A DNA stretch of 44,149 nt from a virus (lineage: Duplodnaviria; Caudoviricetes), in IMG/VR virus record IMGVR_UViG_3300032330_000720, positions 1 through 44,149 of that record; one strand, written 5' to 3'. The position numbers and the translations under genes are program-made. The notes below the pieces were generated by a model that was given only the letters and a program-made list of their open reading frames with translations, was not told the DNA's origin and did no database searches. Positions 43,762 through 44,149 of this stretch are shown one piece after another (position 1 is the first letter of the stretch; each line of letters starts with the position of its first letter).

Positions 43762-43905
43762 TTAAAAACCGTTCTGGCGAAGGAAATTAGCTTCCTCATC
43801 TGATATCGTGCAGAGCGCCATCGGATGCTTCGCTATGTATGCCTTTAGCTTTGCGCGGTTCGTCATGGTCGGTAGGGCGCGGTAGAGGTTGATCAGGCGG
43901 GTCAT
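43762..43905 (-). CDS. 47-aa hypothetical early protein (not in ORF track)
   Basis: MTRLINLYRALPTMTNRAKLKAYIAKHPMALCTISDEEANFLRQNGF, with the GGAGAACGACAATG cassette. Confidence 0.6.
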   Translation of the reverse strand: MTRLINLYRALPTMTNRAKLKAYIAKHPMALCTISDEEANFLRQNGF

Positions 43906-43939
43906 TGTCGTTCTCCGTGTTGTTTGTTTCAGTGGTTCT

Positions 43940-43996
43940 AATTTATGCTTGTGGTTAAATTTTGCAAGAATTATTTTTGCATATCAGCCATGCATT
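43940..43996 (-). promoter_or_regulatory. Early promoter with overlapping inverted repeat (copy 2 of the 34-bp repeat)
   Basis: TTGCAA-N16-TAAATT. 43963-43996 matches 42949-42982 at 32 of 34 nt. Confidence 0.6.
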
Positions 43997-44148
43997 TTTA
44001 ACAAGGCTTCAAAGGCGTCTTCGAGTGCATTCACAAGAGCAAATGCAGTCCTGCTATGCGCTGAGATTTCGAGCAGGTCGATGCAGTAGGTGAATTTCTC
44101 ATCAGTCGCGCTCCAAGCCTGAGCGTTTTCAAGGGTGGCGAGCAGGGC
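43984..44148 (-). CDS. Hypothetical protein, 3' fragment (runs off the window)
   Basis: Open frame ...ALLATLENAQAWSATDEKF...ALLKMHG-stop. Confidence 0.45.
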   Translation of the reverse strand, partial: ALLATLENAQAWSATDEKFTYCIDLLEISAHSRTAFALVNALEDAFEALLKMHG

Positions 44149-44149
44149 A

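Noticed and set aside
41296-43996. Early-region repeats as a CRISPR array or integron attC sites
   Set aside because: The repeats are short, irregularly spaced and coincide with RBSs or promoters. No cas or integrase gene is present.
1-44149. Antisense and alternate-frame ORFs in the supplied track; tRNA genes; alternative genetic code; prophage boundaries
   Set aside because: The shadow ORFs overlap well-supported genes. No cloverleaf with a T-loop consensus was seen. Genes are intact under code 11 with all three stops used. No integrase, att site or host genes are visible.

Overview
The window is a large part of a dsDNA tailed bacteriophage genome with a podovirus/P22-like gene order. The host is most likely an alphaproteobacterium, based on a GcrA homologue, a DnaA domain-IV-like protein and an alphaproteobacterial-type lytic transglycosylase. 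Bases 1-30.3 kb (+ strand) form the late module: putative internal head proteins, GroES, scaffold, capsid decoration and major capsid protein, a free-standing EndoVII nuclease, adaptors, tail fibres, a holin/GH108 lysis cassette, a gp10-like tail hub, a GNAT-like protein and two ejection proteins. Bases 30.3-33.6 kb (- strand) hold SLT, nucleases, SSB-like, ERF and Gp157 genes. Bases 33.7-38.7 kb (mostly + strand) hold HTH, RusA, DnaA-IV-like, helicase, primase and metallophosphoesterase genes. Bases 38.7-44.1 kb (- strand) are small early genes. I recognised no terminase, portal, integrase, DNA polymerase, tRNA or CRISPR array. The most interesting signals are: (1) a short [basic/aromatic]-[K/A]-x-G-G-x-[V/I/A/T] motif repeated about 20 times across six unrelated putative internal-virion proteins, with a stand-alone duplicated G(E/A)YVIP-domain protein as candidate reader; (2) a promoter- and terminator-bounded sRNA candidate that can pair with the conserved RBS/start cassette of early genes; (3) an EndoVII gene that appears to have displaced the 3' end of its host gene; (4) a 1-nt frameshift splitting the gene after the capsid gene. 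All calls come from reading the sequence by eye; no searches were run.
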